DNA of 64,000 nucleotides from a virus, in the IMG/VR virus record IMGVR_UViG_3300025674_000019, positions 1-64,000 of that record; one strand, 5' to 3'. Positions within the stretch are counted from its first letter, which is position 1, and every line of letters begins with the position of its first letter. The notes below the pieces were generated by a model. The model saw only the letters and a program-made list of their open reading frames with translations. It was not told the origin of the DNA and did not search any database. Positions 54,195 through 63,259 of the stretch are shown piece after piece. A program made the translations under genes and the position numbers.

Positions 54195-56097
54195 GAGAAC
54201 TAGTTTCGATTCGGAGGGGTTTGCAGTTGGCCTGTAGTGACTCATACTCTTCCTTTGTGATCTTGATGTATGGAGCCTGGGGGTAGATGGTGCCAGGATC
54301 AATCTTCAAGAAGCTAACGCTCTTCATGGAGTCTTCAAAGCACTCCAAGCAGAGCTTAATGTCCGCGGCTTCCTCAGGCTTAAAGGTCACCGTAATAGAG
54401 ACTTGATTGTCAGCCCAGTAGCGCTGAATCTGAGCGGCGTTGTGCATCTGCTCCCAGATAGAGACATCTTCCTTGGCCTTCTCAAAGTGCTCTTCTTTGA
54501 TTGGAAAGCTTACAACGTAGGTGTTGTTAGCGTACTGGTCTTTCTCTACAGGAAAGCCAGCCTCTTGTGCAATCCCTAGAAGAGGGCTCTCTTCATTCAC
54601 ACGGATATTACGGATGTAATACTCGCTGTGTGGGTAGTGAATGCCCGGAGTTGCGCCTGCAAGAAGACTCACAGTACCGCTAGGCTTTACACTAGTAGTC
54701 TTCTTAGACCTAGGAACGCAGAGCCAGTCACTATACTGCGCGTCAAGCTGCTGCAGGTACTTGTACCCTCTATTACAGAGCTTGAGGTACGACCGCCTTC
54801 CGTACTTTGCGATTGCCTGGACAATGCCGGACTGTGAGCATCCGATTCTACGGTTGCGCATCATCACAGCGTTAGTGCGCTTATTATGTGTAGGAATAAG
54901 AGTGACTGTCTTTGCGTAGAGATATGCAAACTTCAGAGTTCGTAGATAGTCTTTCTCTGAATCGTGGTTAGCCGGGAAGGTCTCCACTAGGCAGCATAGC
55001 TCGAAGCTCTCAAGGCTCTGCTCGCCGCATGGGTTAGTTCCCTCTACAAGTGCATCCTTGTAGTCTGGGGCATCCGCCATCCGAGAGTAGTTACGAGCGT
55101 GGTCAATCCAGAACATGCCGATGTCAGAGCCCTCGCCAATGCGCTTAGCGACATACTCATAGTCCATGCCCTCCCAGGCGCGGATAGAGTTGTTACTTGC
55201 CCAGCGATGGGACATGAGCATCTCTTGATCGTCTTTGAGCGTGATGAACTCTTGGTCGTCAGGATCGCCAAGCATAATCTCAGCCGTGCGGCGAATACCG
55301 CCTGCTACTACGCATTTTCCAATGAGATTAAAGATGTCAACGATGGTTGCGCTACTGATCAGGTAGGGCTTCTCGTCCTTAGGCATAAGGAGCTTGGTCA
55401 GGTCACTGACGAGCAACTCCAGTGGCCCTGACCCAGAGCTAATACCTCCAAAGGTCTTGAGTGGCGTACCTTTAGGCCGAATACGAGAGTAGTCGATGCT
55501 CTTAGGGTACAAGCCATTACGGACGAAGCTCTCAAGGATAGTCTTAATAAGCTCTACCCAGGACTCGCGCGTGTCTTCGACGATAAACTCTTCGGTGCTG
55601 TACTCAGGAGTAAAGATACTTACAGTGCCTGCGCCGTTGGTGTCTCCACCTACGCCGACACCCAGCATGCTCATATCCATGAGAAAGCAGAAGGGTGCGC
55701 TGAAGTCACTCGCGAGGTTTTTAGTGCTTACAAAAGCGCAGTTATTAAGGCAGGCGCCTCCGACCTTTTCTAGAGCTTTGCTGCCCATTGACCAGAGGCC
55801 TCGCCCTGGGGGGAGGAACTTGAACTCCCACATCCTGCGGTACATCTCTTGAGCAGAGCGCTGAGCTTTGCTGTCGCTCCAAGGAAGCAGCAAGGACTGG
55901 CAGTGGTTCTTTTGTGTAGTATACACGCCCTCTACCACGCGCTTACAGGTCTGCCAGAACTCTTCAGAAGTTCCATCACCTAGATCTCGTGCGTAAGTGC
56001 GCTTGTAGGTAAAGTAGCCTAGAGGCCCCCATGCTGGCTGTGTGTCTTTAAACTCTTCGAGGAACTTATCATCTAAATGAAAGAGTGCTCTTTGCAT
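54118..56097 (-). CDS. nrdJ: class II (adenosylcobalamin-dependent) ribonucleotide reductase, monomeric RTPR type
   Basis: PPGRGLW, LNNCAF, GTNPCGEQ, VKPSGT, C-terminal CDGDAC. Confidence 0.92.
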   Translation of the reverse strand: MQRALFHLDDKFLEEFKDTQPAWGPLGYFTYKRTYARDLGDGTSEEFWQTCKRVVEGVYTTQKNHCQSLLLPWSDSKAQRSAQEMYRRMWEFKFLPPGRGLWSMGSKALEKVGGACLNNCAFVSTKNLASDFSAPFCFLMDMSMLGVGVGGDTNGAGTVSIFTPEYSTEEFIVEDTRESWVELIKTILESFVRNGLYPKSIDYSRIRPKGTPLKTFGGISSGSGPLELLVSDLTKLLMPKDEKPYLISSATIVDIFNLIGKCVVAGGIRRTAEIMLGDPDDQEFITLKDDQEMLMSHRWASNNSIRAWEGMDYEYVAKRIGEGSDIGMFWIDHARNYSRMADAPDYKDALVEGTNPCGEQSLESFELCCLVETFPANHDSEKDYLRTLKFAYLYAKTVTLIPTHNKRTNAVMMRNRRIGCSQSGIVQAIAKYGRRSYLKLCNRGYKYLQQLDAQYSDWLCVPRSKKTTSVKPSGTVSLLAGATPGIHYPHSEYYIRNIRVNEESPLLGIAQEAGFPVEKDQYANNTYVVSFPIKEEHFEKAKEDVSIWEQMHNAAQIQRYWADNQVSITVTFKPEEAADIKLCLECFEDSMKSVSFLKIDPGTIYPQAPYIKITKEEYESLQANCKPLRIETSSHEKDDEFCDGDACELPAIQGDGKPS

Positions 56098-56786
56098 ACT
56101 GCGTATGTCTCCGGAAACTTTTCCTGTACGTATTCGGCCATCGCTTCAGCCATGACTCGAATCTCCCACTGCGCATCTTCCGCTAAGCGTAGCTTTAAAA
56201 ACTTGATTACATTCAGCAGGTTAGCGGTGGCCCAATACTCTGTGTACAGCGATTGTGGTAGGACCGACCTTGCTTGCTCTCTCGCCACCCCGGCGTCGAG
56301 AAGGTCGTGATACAATTTTAGAGATGCTTTAGAGTGGCTGGCAATGGCATCTGAAGCCCTTAAAGGCCAGATCATCGTAGCCCCGTGAATTGCATTGATT
56401 TCTGGGTCAAAGTTTTCTTTCTCAACACTCGCCTGTCGGTTGTTCTTGTGCTGCTCGCGAAAGACTTTGGGGTTATAGAACTCAATACTCTCTGAAGTAT
56501 ATCTTCTAGAAACCTCGTTGTAGCTCCAGGTCCTGTGCCTCATATGTTGCTTAGCGACATACATAGGCACTTTGATCTTAAAGCTCATGGTGCAATGCTC
56601 AAAAGGACTGGTGTGCTTATGTTCTGCTAGGTACCCGATGAGCTTTCTGTCTCGCGGACTGAGCTCCTCTAACTCTGGAGTGTCGCTCATGAAAGAGACT
56701 CTTGCAGCGTCTGCTACCACCTTGTCCACGCCCATGTGCTGAAGTAAACTTACGTAACCTATGTTATCGCCATAGATGAACTTCAC
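56073..56786 (-). CDS. thyX: flavin-dependent thymidylate synthase
   Basis: AARVS, H.SPFEH, RHRTWSYNEVSRRY, EQARSVLP, AQWEIR. Confidence 0.95.
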   Translation of the reverse strand: MKFIYGDNIGYVSLLQHMGVDKVVADAARVSFMSDTPELEELSPRDRKLIGYLAEHKHTSPFEHCTMSFKIKVPMYVAKQHMRHRTWSYNEVSRRYTSESIEFYNPKVFREQHKNNRQASVEKENFDPEINAIHGATMIWPLRASDAIASHSKASLKLYHDLLDAGVAREQARSVLPQSLYTEYWATANLLNVIKFLKLRLAEDAQWEIRVMAEAMAEYVQEKFPETYAVCKEHSFI

Positions 56787-56819
56787 GTTCTACCCTTTCA
56801 GAAAGAGAGTCGCGAAACT

Positions 56820-58631
56820 ATGTCTGCTACCAAATTTAAAGTCAAGCAAGTCAAGAACGACTCTGAGACAGGGTTAGAAGCCTTCGTTGAGTTGCCCATT
56901 GACCAAGAAGAAACCACTCGCTTGATGCCCAGTGGAGGGAGCGTAGATATCGGGTCTAGCACCTTTAACTGGGGAGATGCCTACCTTGGGGACTTGGAGT
57001 GTGGCGTTATCTCGTGCCTATCGATTAACGCCTCTAACGGAGATATACCAATATCTACTAACCTAGACGTTCAAGGGTTCATAACTGCGTCAAGTACGAT
57101 AAGTACGTCCGGTGTTCTGGTGTCGAATGAGCTAAGGGCGCAGGAAGGTTTTGGTATCAACATAACTTCGGATACGAACGTTATTGTTGATATCGACCAT
57201 AATGACAATAGTCTTGGCGGTAACTACTTTAAGGTTAGAAAAGACTTTGAAGACCCTAGCGGACCTGTTGATCTACTTACTCTCGCTGAGAGCGGTAACC
57301 TAGAGGTACTCGGAGACATAAGTGCTGCTAGCCTTAGCCTGACGGGAGAGGTAAGTGCAGCAGACCTATCCTTGTCTGGCAGTGTATCTACAGACTTATC
57401 TCTAGACGGAAAGCTAGAAGCTTCCGGAGAAGATCCTCTGATTATAGATGCTTCTAGTGTTGTAATAGAAAACTCCAAGACAGCTAATACGTCTTCAGTA
57501 ACCCTGAGAGACAGTATTAACGCAAATAGCTCTATCTCTTTAATAGAGGGAGAGGGCCTATTCGGAGAAGCGAGTAACTATGGCTTCCAGTTAGAGTATA
57601 ATGGAAGGCTCATGCCTAATAGCTTATCCCTAAGGAGTGGCTATGGGACTCTTACTGCCGATATCTTTACCGTTGTAAGAGATGTAAGCGGCGTTCCTTC
57701 ATCCGATATAGAGTTCAAGGGTCTTATTACCTCAGATAATGATACGGCAGCAGAGCAAGGGGGCGTTCGGAGCACCTACTTCGGGGGAGGGCCTGGGTCG
57801 CAAAACGCTATACGGCTCACTACAGTAGACGGGAATGGTAACTTTAACCCGCACACCACAGATACTGGCACTTTCTATGTAAATGGGCCCAAGGGTGACG
57901 ACGGTAAGCTTTCCATAGAGGCTTTCGATATAGACCTAGTTACAGACGGGCACGTACGTGTAGCCCTGGATCACAATAGCAACGGGACTTTCCAGGTCAA
58001 GGATAGTAACAACGACATAGTGTTCAGGGCGAGAACTGGTACTGTGGATAGGCTTCTAGTGGAAAGCTCCCTAGAGACAGCCATAGATAATGCTACTGTA
58101 TCGAATAATAATAGCCTTAGACTGCTGGTGGTAGACCCTACGGGGCATATATACAAGAGTGATGAAAACTCGCACTTGCTACTTAACGCTCCTTTTACAG
58201 GAACCCATGTTTACGCTTCTGCCGACGAGTTACCTCTGGGCTCTAGTGTAAGTCTAGATGCGGGCACGCTTGCGCTAACTACAAGCGCATCCCAGGCTAA
58301 CTGCGTAGGTATAGTACAGAGTAAAGAGCTGGCTACAGAGGATAGCCCACATACTACCTCTCTAGGAGAAGTAATTACCTCTGGCAACATCTACTACGTC
58401 GCAGCAGTAGGTGACTCCATCAAAGGAGGCTTGCGAGGCTTCAAAGTCTGCAACGAAGGCGGAGATATCTCTGCGGGCGACCTACTCGTTACTAGCTCTG
58501 TGTCGGGACGACTCATGAAGCAGGCTGATGATGTGGTCCGAGCGAGCACTGTTGGTAAAGCCATGCAGTCCGTAACCTTTAACGATCAAGGCCAGGCAGA
58601 TAATGTCTACGGCTTTCTCTACTGCGGGTGA
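56820..58631 (+). CDS. tail fibre/spike-like protein with a probable C-terminal autocleaving chaperone domain
   Basis: Ser/Gly/Asp-rich beta repeats; FTGTH, KVCNEGGDI.AGDLLVTSS..G..MKQ.DD, ends YCG. Confidence 0.6.
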   Translation: MSATKFKVKQVKNDSETGLEAFVELPIDQEETTRLMPSGGSVDIGSSTFNWGDAYLGDLECGVISCLSINASNGDIPISTNLDVQGFITASSTISTSGVLVSNELRAQEGFGINITSDTNVIVDIDHNDNSLGGNYFKVRKDFEDPSGPVDLLTLAESGNLEVLGDISAASLSLTGEVSAADLSLSGSVSTDLSLDGKLEASGEDPLIIDASSVVIENSKTANTSSVTLRDSINANSSISLIEGEGLFGEASNYGFQLEYNGRLMPNSLSLRSGYGTLTADIFTVVRDVSGVPSSDIEFKGLITSDNDTAAEQGGVRSTYFGGGPGSQNAIRLTTVDGNGNFNPHTTDTGTFYVNGPKGDDGKLSIEAFDIDLVTDGHVRVALDHNSNGTFQVKDSNNDIVFRARTGTVDRLLVESSLETAIDNATVSNNNSLRLLVVDPTGHIYKSDENSHLLLNAPFTGTHVYASADELPLGSSVSLDAGTLALTTSASQANCVGIVQSKELATEDSPHTTSLGEVITSGNIYYVAAVGDSIKGGLRGFKVCNEGGDISAGDLLVTSSVSGRLMKQADDVVRASTVGKAMQSVTFNDQGQADNVYGFLYCG

Positions 58632-58635
58632 TGCT

Positions 58636-59202
58636 ATGAACTACATTGAAGATACTATAGGTGAAGAGCTAGAGAAGACTGCTCTGAAGGGGCTTAGGCA
58701 AGCTATAGCTAATAATAAAGGTAAATCGACATTAATCGGAGCTACCGTAGGTCTGCCTGTAGCTTACTCTCTGCTGCAGTCTGCTAGGGAGGCAGACAGA
58801 GAAGCTGGTGGAATCCCTCAAGCGCTAGATGACGCTATGGACGGAGTAGACTCCGGACTAGATGAGGTGGATCGGATTATAGATGAGGGCTTTTCAGATA
58901 AACAAAAAGCGCTAGCTGCTTTGGGAGCTTTGGGTCTCGCTGGGGTTGGCGGGTACAAAGCGTATAAGAGTCTGAGTGGAAGGGAGAAGGTGTCTAAGTT
59001 GAGTCCAGCAACTAAAGATGCCCTAAAAACTGTAGTTCCATTCTACCTTGGAGTGGGCGGCCTAGGCACCGCTGCCTACTATGGGACTAGGAGCCCAGGG
59101 GGTGACAGTCAAGGCGAAAAGAAGGAAAAAAAGAAGAAAGAGGATACCTTTAAGTTGCTTAAGGAATTAGCCAAAAAAGAGTTATATGCTCGGTTCTACT
59201 AA
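58636..59202 (+). CDS. putative virion protein, K-x-A/S family
   Basis: ELEKTAL, EKVS; three Gly/Ala hydrophobic helices. Confidence 0.5.
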   Translation: MNYIEDTIGEELEKTALKGLRQAIANNKGKSTLIGATVGLPVAYSLLQSAREADREAGGIPQALDDAMDGVDSGLDEVDRIIDEGFSDKQKALAALGALGLAGVGGYKAYKSLSGREKVSKLSPATKDALKTVVPFYLGVGGLGTAAYYGTRSPGGDSQGEKKEKKKKEDTFKLLKELAKKELYARFY

Positions 59203-59656
59203 TATTAAGTCTAAATACTTAAGTACAAGAGTTAGTCAGTGTGAGCTTCTCGCGGAGCAGAGCACCTGCCCTCGCCGTAAGATAGCTGCTATGCTCATAG
59301 ACCCAGAGACTAACAGCATAGTTGCTGACGGGTACAATGGGCCTCCCAGGGGTGCAGGGTCCTTATGTGGGGAGACCGACTGCCTAAGAGAGACTATGCA
59401 CGTTAAGTCGGGTACTTCCCTAGAGATAGGGTGTCACCATGCTGAGATGAACTGCATACTGAATGCAGCTCGCCAAGGGAACAAGACCTCTGGGCGAGTG
59501 ATGATAGTTACTGCAGAGCCTTGTCTCATGTGCGCAAAGGCGATACACCACGCCGGAATAAGCGCAGTGTATCTAGTAGAAGGCGGGTACTCTGGGGCTA
59601 TAAGAACTGGGGTAGAGTACCTGAGGCAGAACGGAGTAGAGGTAGTTAAGTACTGA
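59186..59656 (+). CDS. dCMP deaminase
   Basis: STCPRR, GYNG, HAEMN, PCLMCAK. Confidence 0.9.
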   Translation: MLGSTNIKSKYLSTRVSQCELLAEQSTCPRRKIAAMLIDPETNSIVADGYNGPPRGAGSLCGETDCLRETMHVKSGTSLEIGCHHAEMNCILNAARQGNKTSGRVMIVTAEPCLMCAKAIHHAGISAVYLVEGGYSGAIRTGVEYLRQNGVEVVKY

Positions 59657-59658
59657 CT

Positions 59659-61788
59659 CTACTTCTTTCTTTTAGCTTTGCCTTTGGACTTGCGCTCTAG
59701 GGCTGCGCGCAACGCTGGAATACCTACAGCTGCAGCGCCGGTAGCTGCAAGAGCGCCTCCGACTGTATATGGGTTATCAACTGCGTAGTTGCTAGCGCTA
59801 CGTAGGCCGCGCATAGCGCTATCTCCTAGTGATGACCCAGTTGCGGCTAAGTACCTTCCAGCCTGGCCTAGTAGGTTAGCTTCATCAGAAAAAGGCGTAG
59901 TCAGTGTTTGCTGTACGCTCTCAGCTGCACTGTCTATTGGGCTTCTATCTCTGTTATAGAGGTATAGAGCTGTGCCTAGACCAGTAGCGCCTACTGCAGC
60001 TTTACCCGCATCGCCAGCGGCCGCGCGTAAGGCTTGCTCTTGAGCATCTAAAAGATCCCTAGAGTACTGCTCCTGGGCTGTATTGAACTGCTGGGTATAC
60101 TCATCTTTGACCTGCTTTCGGGTGCTCTTGGTCTTTGCTTGACCCTTAAGCTCCTTTAGCTGTTGCTTCAAGAAATCTCTTCTAGACTGGTCACCAGCGG
60201 AGAGGGTTTTTTGGCTAACTAAGTCCTTAAGATCTTTCTCCATGCGCTGAACTTGCCTTGTAGCCTTATCCCTGCGCTTTACTACTTCTTCAGCTACTGC
60301 TTTAGTGTCTTCAGCTAGGTTCTTTGGGGCTGATTTCCCTGCTGCCCTTAGGCGGCCTGCAGCCGTATACCGCTTTGCTAGCATATCTAAGAGGCTAGCA
60401 GTCTTTGGCATCTCAGGGGCTACAGGCTGAGAGATATTAACCTGGCCAAGTAGCTGAGGGGCAGCAGCCTGGGCTTCTTCAGCGCTGTACCCCATGTTAG
60501 TGAGGTAAGCCACGATCTCGTTGTAGCTCTGGTTGTAGGCTTCTAGCTGCTTGTCGTACTCAAGTTGCTCTGGAGTTTTATCCGGAATGGCTTCAACCTG
60601 AGGGGCCGCTGCTTCTGGGCTAGCATACATTTGGCTGTACGCTGAGTACACCTCTTCTGGGCTGTAACCCATGGAGATATAATCTTCTGGGCTGTAGGTT
60701 TGTACCTGAGGCTCGTAGCCCATAGACGAGTAGCCCTGCTGGGTGTCGAAGGTAACCTCTGGCTCATAGCCCATAGAAGCGTACTGGTCTTGGGAGTAAG
60801 AGGGCTCTGCCTCGTAAGCCATGTTGATGTAGTCTTCTGGGCTGTAAGTCTGAACCTCGGGCTCGTAACCCATAGTCTCATACTCTGAAGGAGCAGAGCT
60901 AAACATGTAGTTCTGCATAGTCTCTTTAGGTGCGTAGTAATTAGCCATGCCGTCGGCGGGCTCTGGCTGGTACTCCTCCAGATCTTCATTCTCGTACATG
61001 GGCTCGTAGTCAGAGACTGCGGCCAGCTTAAAGAGGTCTCTAGCGGACCGAAATCTGTTGCTACTACCCATAATAACTATCTCCATTGATGACTGCTTAA
61101 TAAGTGAACTCGCAGCGAGGTTAAGGGCTCTCATGGCCTGAAGTCGTTGGTGATCCGCCTGCTCGGCAGCGTTAAGTACTCTGCCCATACGCTTCTCTAG
61201 GTACTCCCTGTCCGAGAGTAGCCGCTTATTCTTACGCCTAGAGACCCGCTCTACTATGTTTTTTATATCTCTGTACTCACCGACTCCTTGACCTAGGAGC
61301 CTTTGGTCTACGTACACGCTGGAGTTACGGTCCCACTTCTGATTGCCTAACTCAGCTGCGGCATATCCAGGGTCGTAAAACACACCGCCGCCAACTGATG
61401 GCGCGCGCCTATCAGCGGGGTCTGTCCAACCATGAGTTCGCAATGCTGCAGTTACAACCCTCGATTGAGTGCCTGGGACAGAGTACGTTTGGCTAATCCC
61501 CTGCTGTATCTGAGCGATGCCCTTGCCAGTAGCAGAGGGGGCTGCCGGAGGAGGAGTAAGGTTCTCCTTGAGAGGGGCTGGCTCAGGCTTTCCTAATGGT
61601 ACCGCTACTTGAGGCTCTGGCTCTCCCATAGGTACTGGAGGTGCAAGCGCCTGGTTGGGTTGCGCGGGCATATCATCTTTGAGACCGGGCTCTTGCATCG
61701 CGCTATTATTCTGGCGCCCGATCTCCTGAGCAAGTTTCTCATCCTGCTCATGATCATAAGGATCGCCGTCCATAGTAAGGTAAGGCAT
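59659..61788 (-). CDS. putative virion protein, K-x-A/S family, with internal tandem repeats
   Basis: KQSS, KLAA, KTAS; MGYEPE repeats; C-terminal Gly/Ala helices. Confidence 0.55.
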   Translation of the reverse strand: MPYLTMDGDPYDHEQDEKLAQEIGRQNNSAMQEPGLKDDMPAQPNQALAPPVPMGEPEPQVAVPLGKPEPAPLKENLTPPPAAPSATGKGIAQIQQGISQTYSVPGTQSRVVTAALRTHGWTDPADRRAPSVGGGVFYDPGYAAAELGNQKWDRNSSVYVDQRLLGQGVGEYRDIKNIVERVSRRKNKRLLSDREYLEKRMGRVLNAAEQADHQRLQAMRALNLAASSLIKQSSMEIVIMGSSNRFRSARDLFKLAAVSDYEPMYENEDLEEYQPEPADGMANYYAPKETMQNYMFSSAPSEYETMGYEPEVQTYSPEDYINMAYEAEPSYSQDQYASMGYEPEVTFDTQQGYSSMGYEPQVQTYSPEDYISMGYSPEEVYSAYSQMYASPEAAAPQVEAIPDKTPEQLEYDKQLEAYNQSYNEIVAYLTNMGYSAEEAQAAAPQLLGQVNISQPVAPEMPKTASLLDMLAKRYTAAGRLRAAGKSAPKNLAEDTKAVAEEVVKRRDKATRQVQRMEKDLKDLVSQKTLSAGDQSRRDFLKQQLKELKGQAKTKSTRKQVKDEYTQQFNTAQEQYSRDLLDAQEQALRAAAGDAGKAAVGATGLGTALYLYNRDRSPIDSAAESVQQTLTTPFSDEANLLGQAGRYLAATGSSLGDSAMRGLRSASNYAVDNPYTVGGALAATGAAAVGIPALRAALERKSKGKAKRKK
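60640..60890 (-). repeat. intragenic tandem repeat of about 48-51 bp (16-17 aa)
   Basis: MGYEPEVQTYSPEDYIN / MAYEAEPSYSQDQYAS / MGYEPEVTFDTQQGYSS / MGYEPQVQTYSPEDYIS / MGYSPEEVY. Confidence 0.8.
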
Positions 61789-61892
61789 AGTAACTCCTGA
61801 GAGTATGTCTTTATAAATGTTATGAAGAAGGATAATAGCGGGAAAGTAAAGAGAGTGTCCTCCCTATAATTAGGCAAAGAGAGGAGGACTGT

Positions 61893-62528
61893 ATGTGGTC
61901 TGATAAGGGTAAACGTTCGTGGCTGGCCAGCTTTGTGTTCCTGACACTCGTGGTTGGCCTTATATTCTTTCTAACCTTCCTAGAGGTTCCTGATAAAAAT
62001 AAAGACCTCATCACCAGCATTATAGGGATGATCGTCGGCAGCATCAGCACTGTGATCTCGATCTTTGTAGGTAGAGATCCGGATGATGTCAAAGACCTAA
62101 AAGAGGCTATACAAGAGCTTAACAGTGACCGTAATGCGCTCATAGAGAGGCTGCGAGACGCCCAGCTAGATAAAGAGACTCTGCGCAAGCAGCTTGAGGC
62201 ACTACAGACTCAGGTGATTGAGAGGCTCAGTATCTTTGTTGGAGAACACAGGCTAGCCGAAGTGGGCGGAGCAGACATACAGTTAAGCCCAGAGGTAGAG
62301 CGCTGGATGCCTAAGCCGCACGAGACGCCCATGCCTAACTCGGTAAGTCCGCTACCACGAAAGCATACTCAGCGCAACCCTACTCCTCCGGTGCCCTCTG
62401 GAGGCAGAGTCCCCTCAACGCAGCCTCCAGGGTCTAGCCCGGCGGTCCAGCCTCAAAAAGCTCCTAAGCCAGAGAAGCAAGAGCCCCTTGATGATTGGAT
62501 GGATCTCTTTGGTAAGCCAGAGGACTAG
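61893..62528 (+). CDS. membrane protein with two TM helices, coiled coil and Pro-rich tail (holin-like topology)
   Basis: GAGGAGG RBS; two hydrophobic segments; function is a guess. Confidence 0.55.
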   Translation: MWSDKGKRSWLASFVFLTLVVGLIFFLTFLEVPDKNKDLITSIIGMIVGSISTVISIFVGRDPDDVKDLKEAIQELNSDRNALIERLRDAQLDKETLRKQLEALQTQVIERLSIFVGEHRLAEVGGADIQLSPEVERWMPKPHETPMPNSVSPLPRKHTQRNPTPPVPSGGRVPSTQPPGSSPAVQPQKAPKPEKQEPLDDWMDLFGKPED

Positions 62529-62563
62529 CCTATCCTTTGGTCTTTAACCAGGGGAGGCTAATC

Positions 62564-62659
62564 ATGGATGTAATACTTCCAGTATCTGTACTGGCTGCCG
62601 CCTACTGCAGCATTATTCTAGAAGCTGTTAAAGAGTACCGTAGGCGGTCTGAAAGCTAA
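62564..62659 (+). CDS. 31-aa single-TM peptide (absent from the ORF track)
   Basis: GGGGAGG RBS; MDVILPVSVLAAAYCSIILEAVKEYRRRSES. Confidence 0.45.
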   Translation: MDVILPVSVLAAAYCSIILEAVKEYRRRSES

Positions 62660-62668
62660 AAAATAGAG

Positions 62669-63151
62669 TTACTCCTCAGAAGAGTTAACTCTACTCATAA
62701 TCTCTAGGTCCTCTGCGCTAAGAGAAGCTCTTAGGATCTTATGTAAGGCCTCCGAGTGGGGGCCTGGAACCTCCGGTTCCTGCGTCCACGCTAGCGGAGC
62801 GTCCTGAGCCTTTAATACTGGCTCTAAGTCTGGCTCTAAGCCTGTATCTAATATCTCAGGAAGAAAGTCCTCGGTATCCAGAGGAGTATCTTCCTCAGGT
62901 GTACTTTCCGGAATCCTTGCCGCGGATAATACGCCTGGGTTGAACTCACGTAATGCGATGTAGATGAGCGTACGTATAACCAGGCTAGGAGTGACCTTAA
63001 AGTCAGACTCTAACGCCAACGCATCGGCTAGGTTACCCAGTTCTTCGCGCTGAGCGCGGGTTAATCGAAAAGAAGTGACGGTAATATCGCCGTGGGCCGT
63101 AAGTTTAAGCTGTCGGTCCATATCTAACAATAGTTTTCTGGTTATCTTCAA
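62669..63151 (-). CDS. ribbon-helix-helix-like DNA-binding protein
   Basis: VTSFRLT..QREEL..LA...TPSLVIRTLI strand-helix-helix pattern; GAGAGGAGG RBS; followed by T6-AGCT. Confidence 0.5.
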   Translation of the reverse strand: MKITRKLLLDMDRQLKLTAHGDITVTSFRLTRAQREELGNLADALALESDFKVTPSLVIRTLIYIALREFNPGVLSAARIPESTPEEDTPLDTEDFLPEILDTGLEPDLEPVLKAQDAPLAWTQEPEVPGPHSEALHKILRASLSAEDLEIMSRVNSSEE

Positions 63152-63259
63152 GGCTAGGAGCCTCCTCTCTCGTTTTGCATTATTGCAGTACTTTAAGTAG
63201 CAATATCAGATTGTATTATGTGTAGTTTAGCATACTTAAGTCTAAAATACAAAAGTTCA

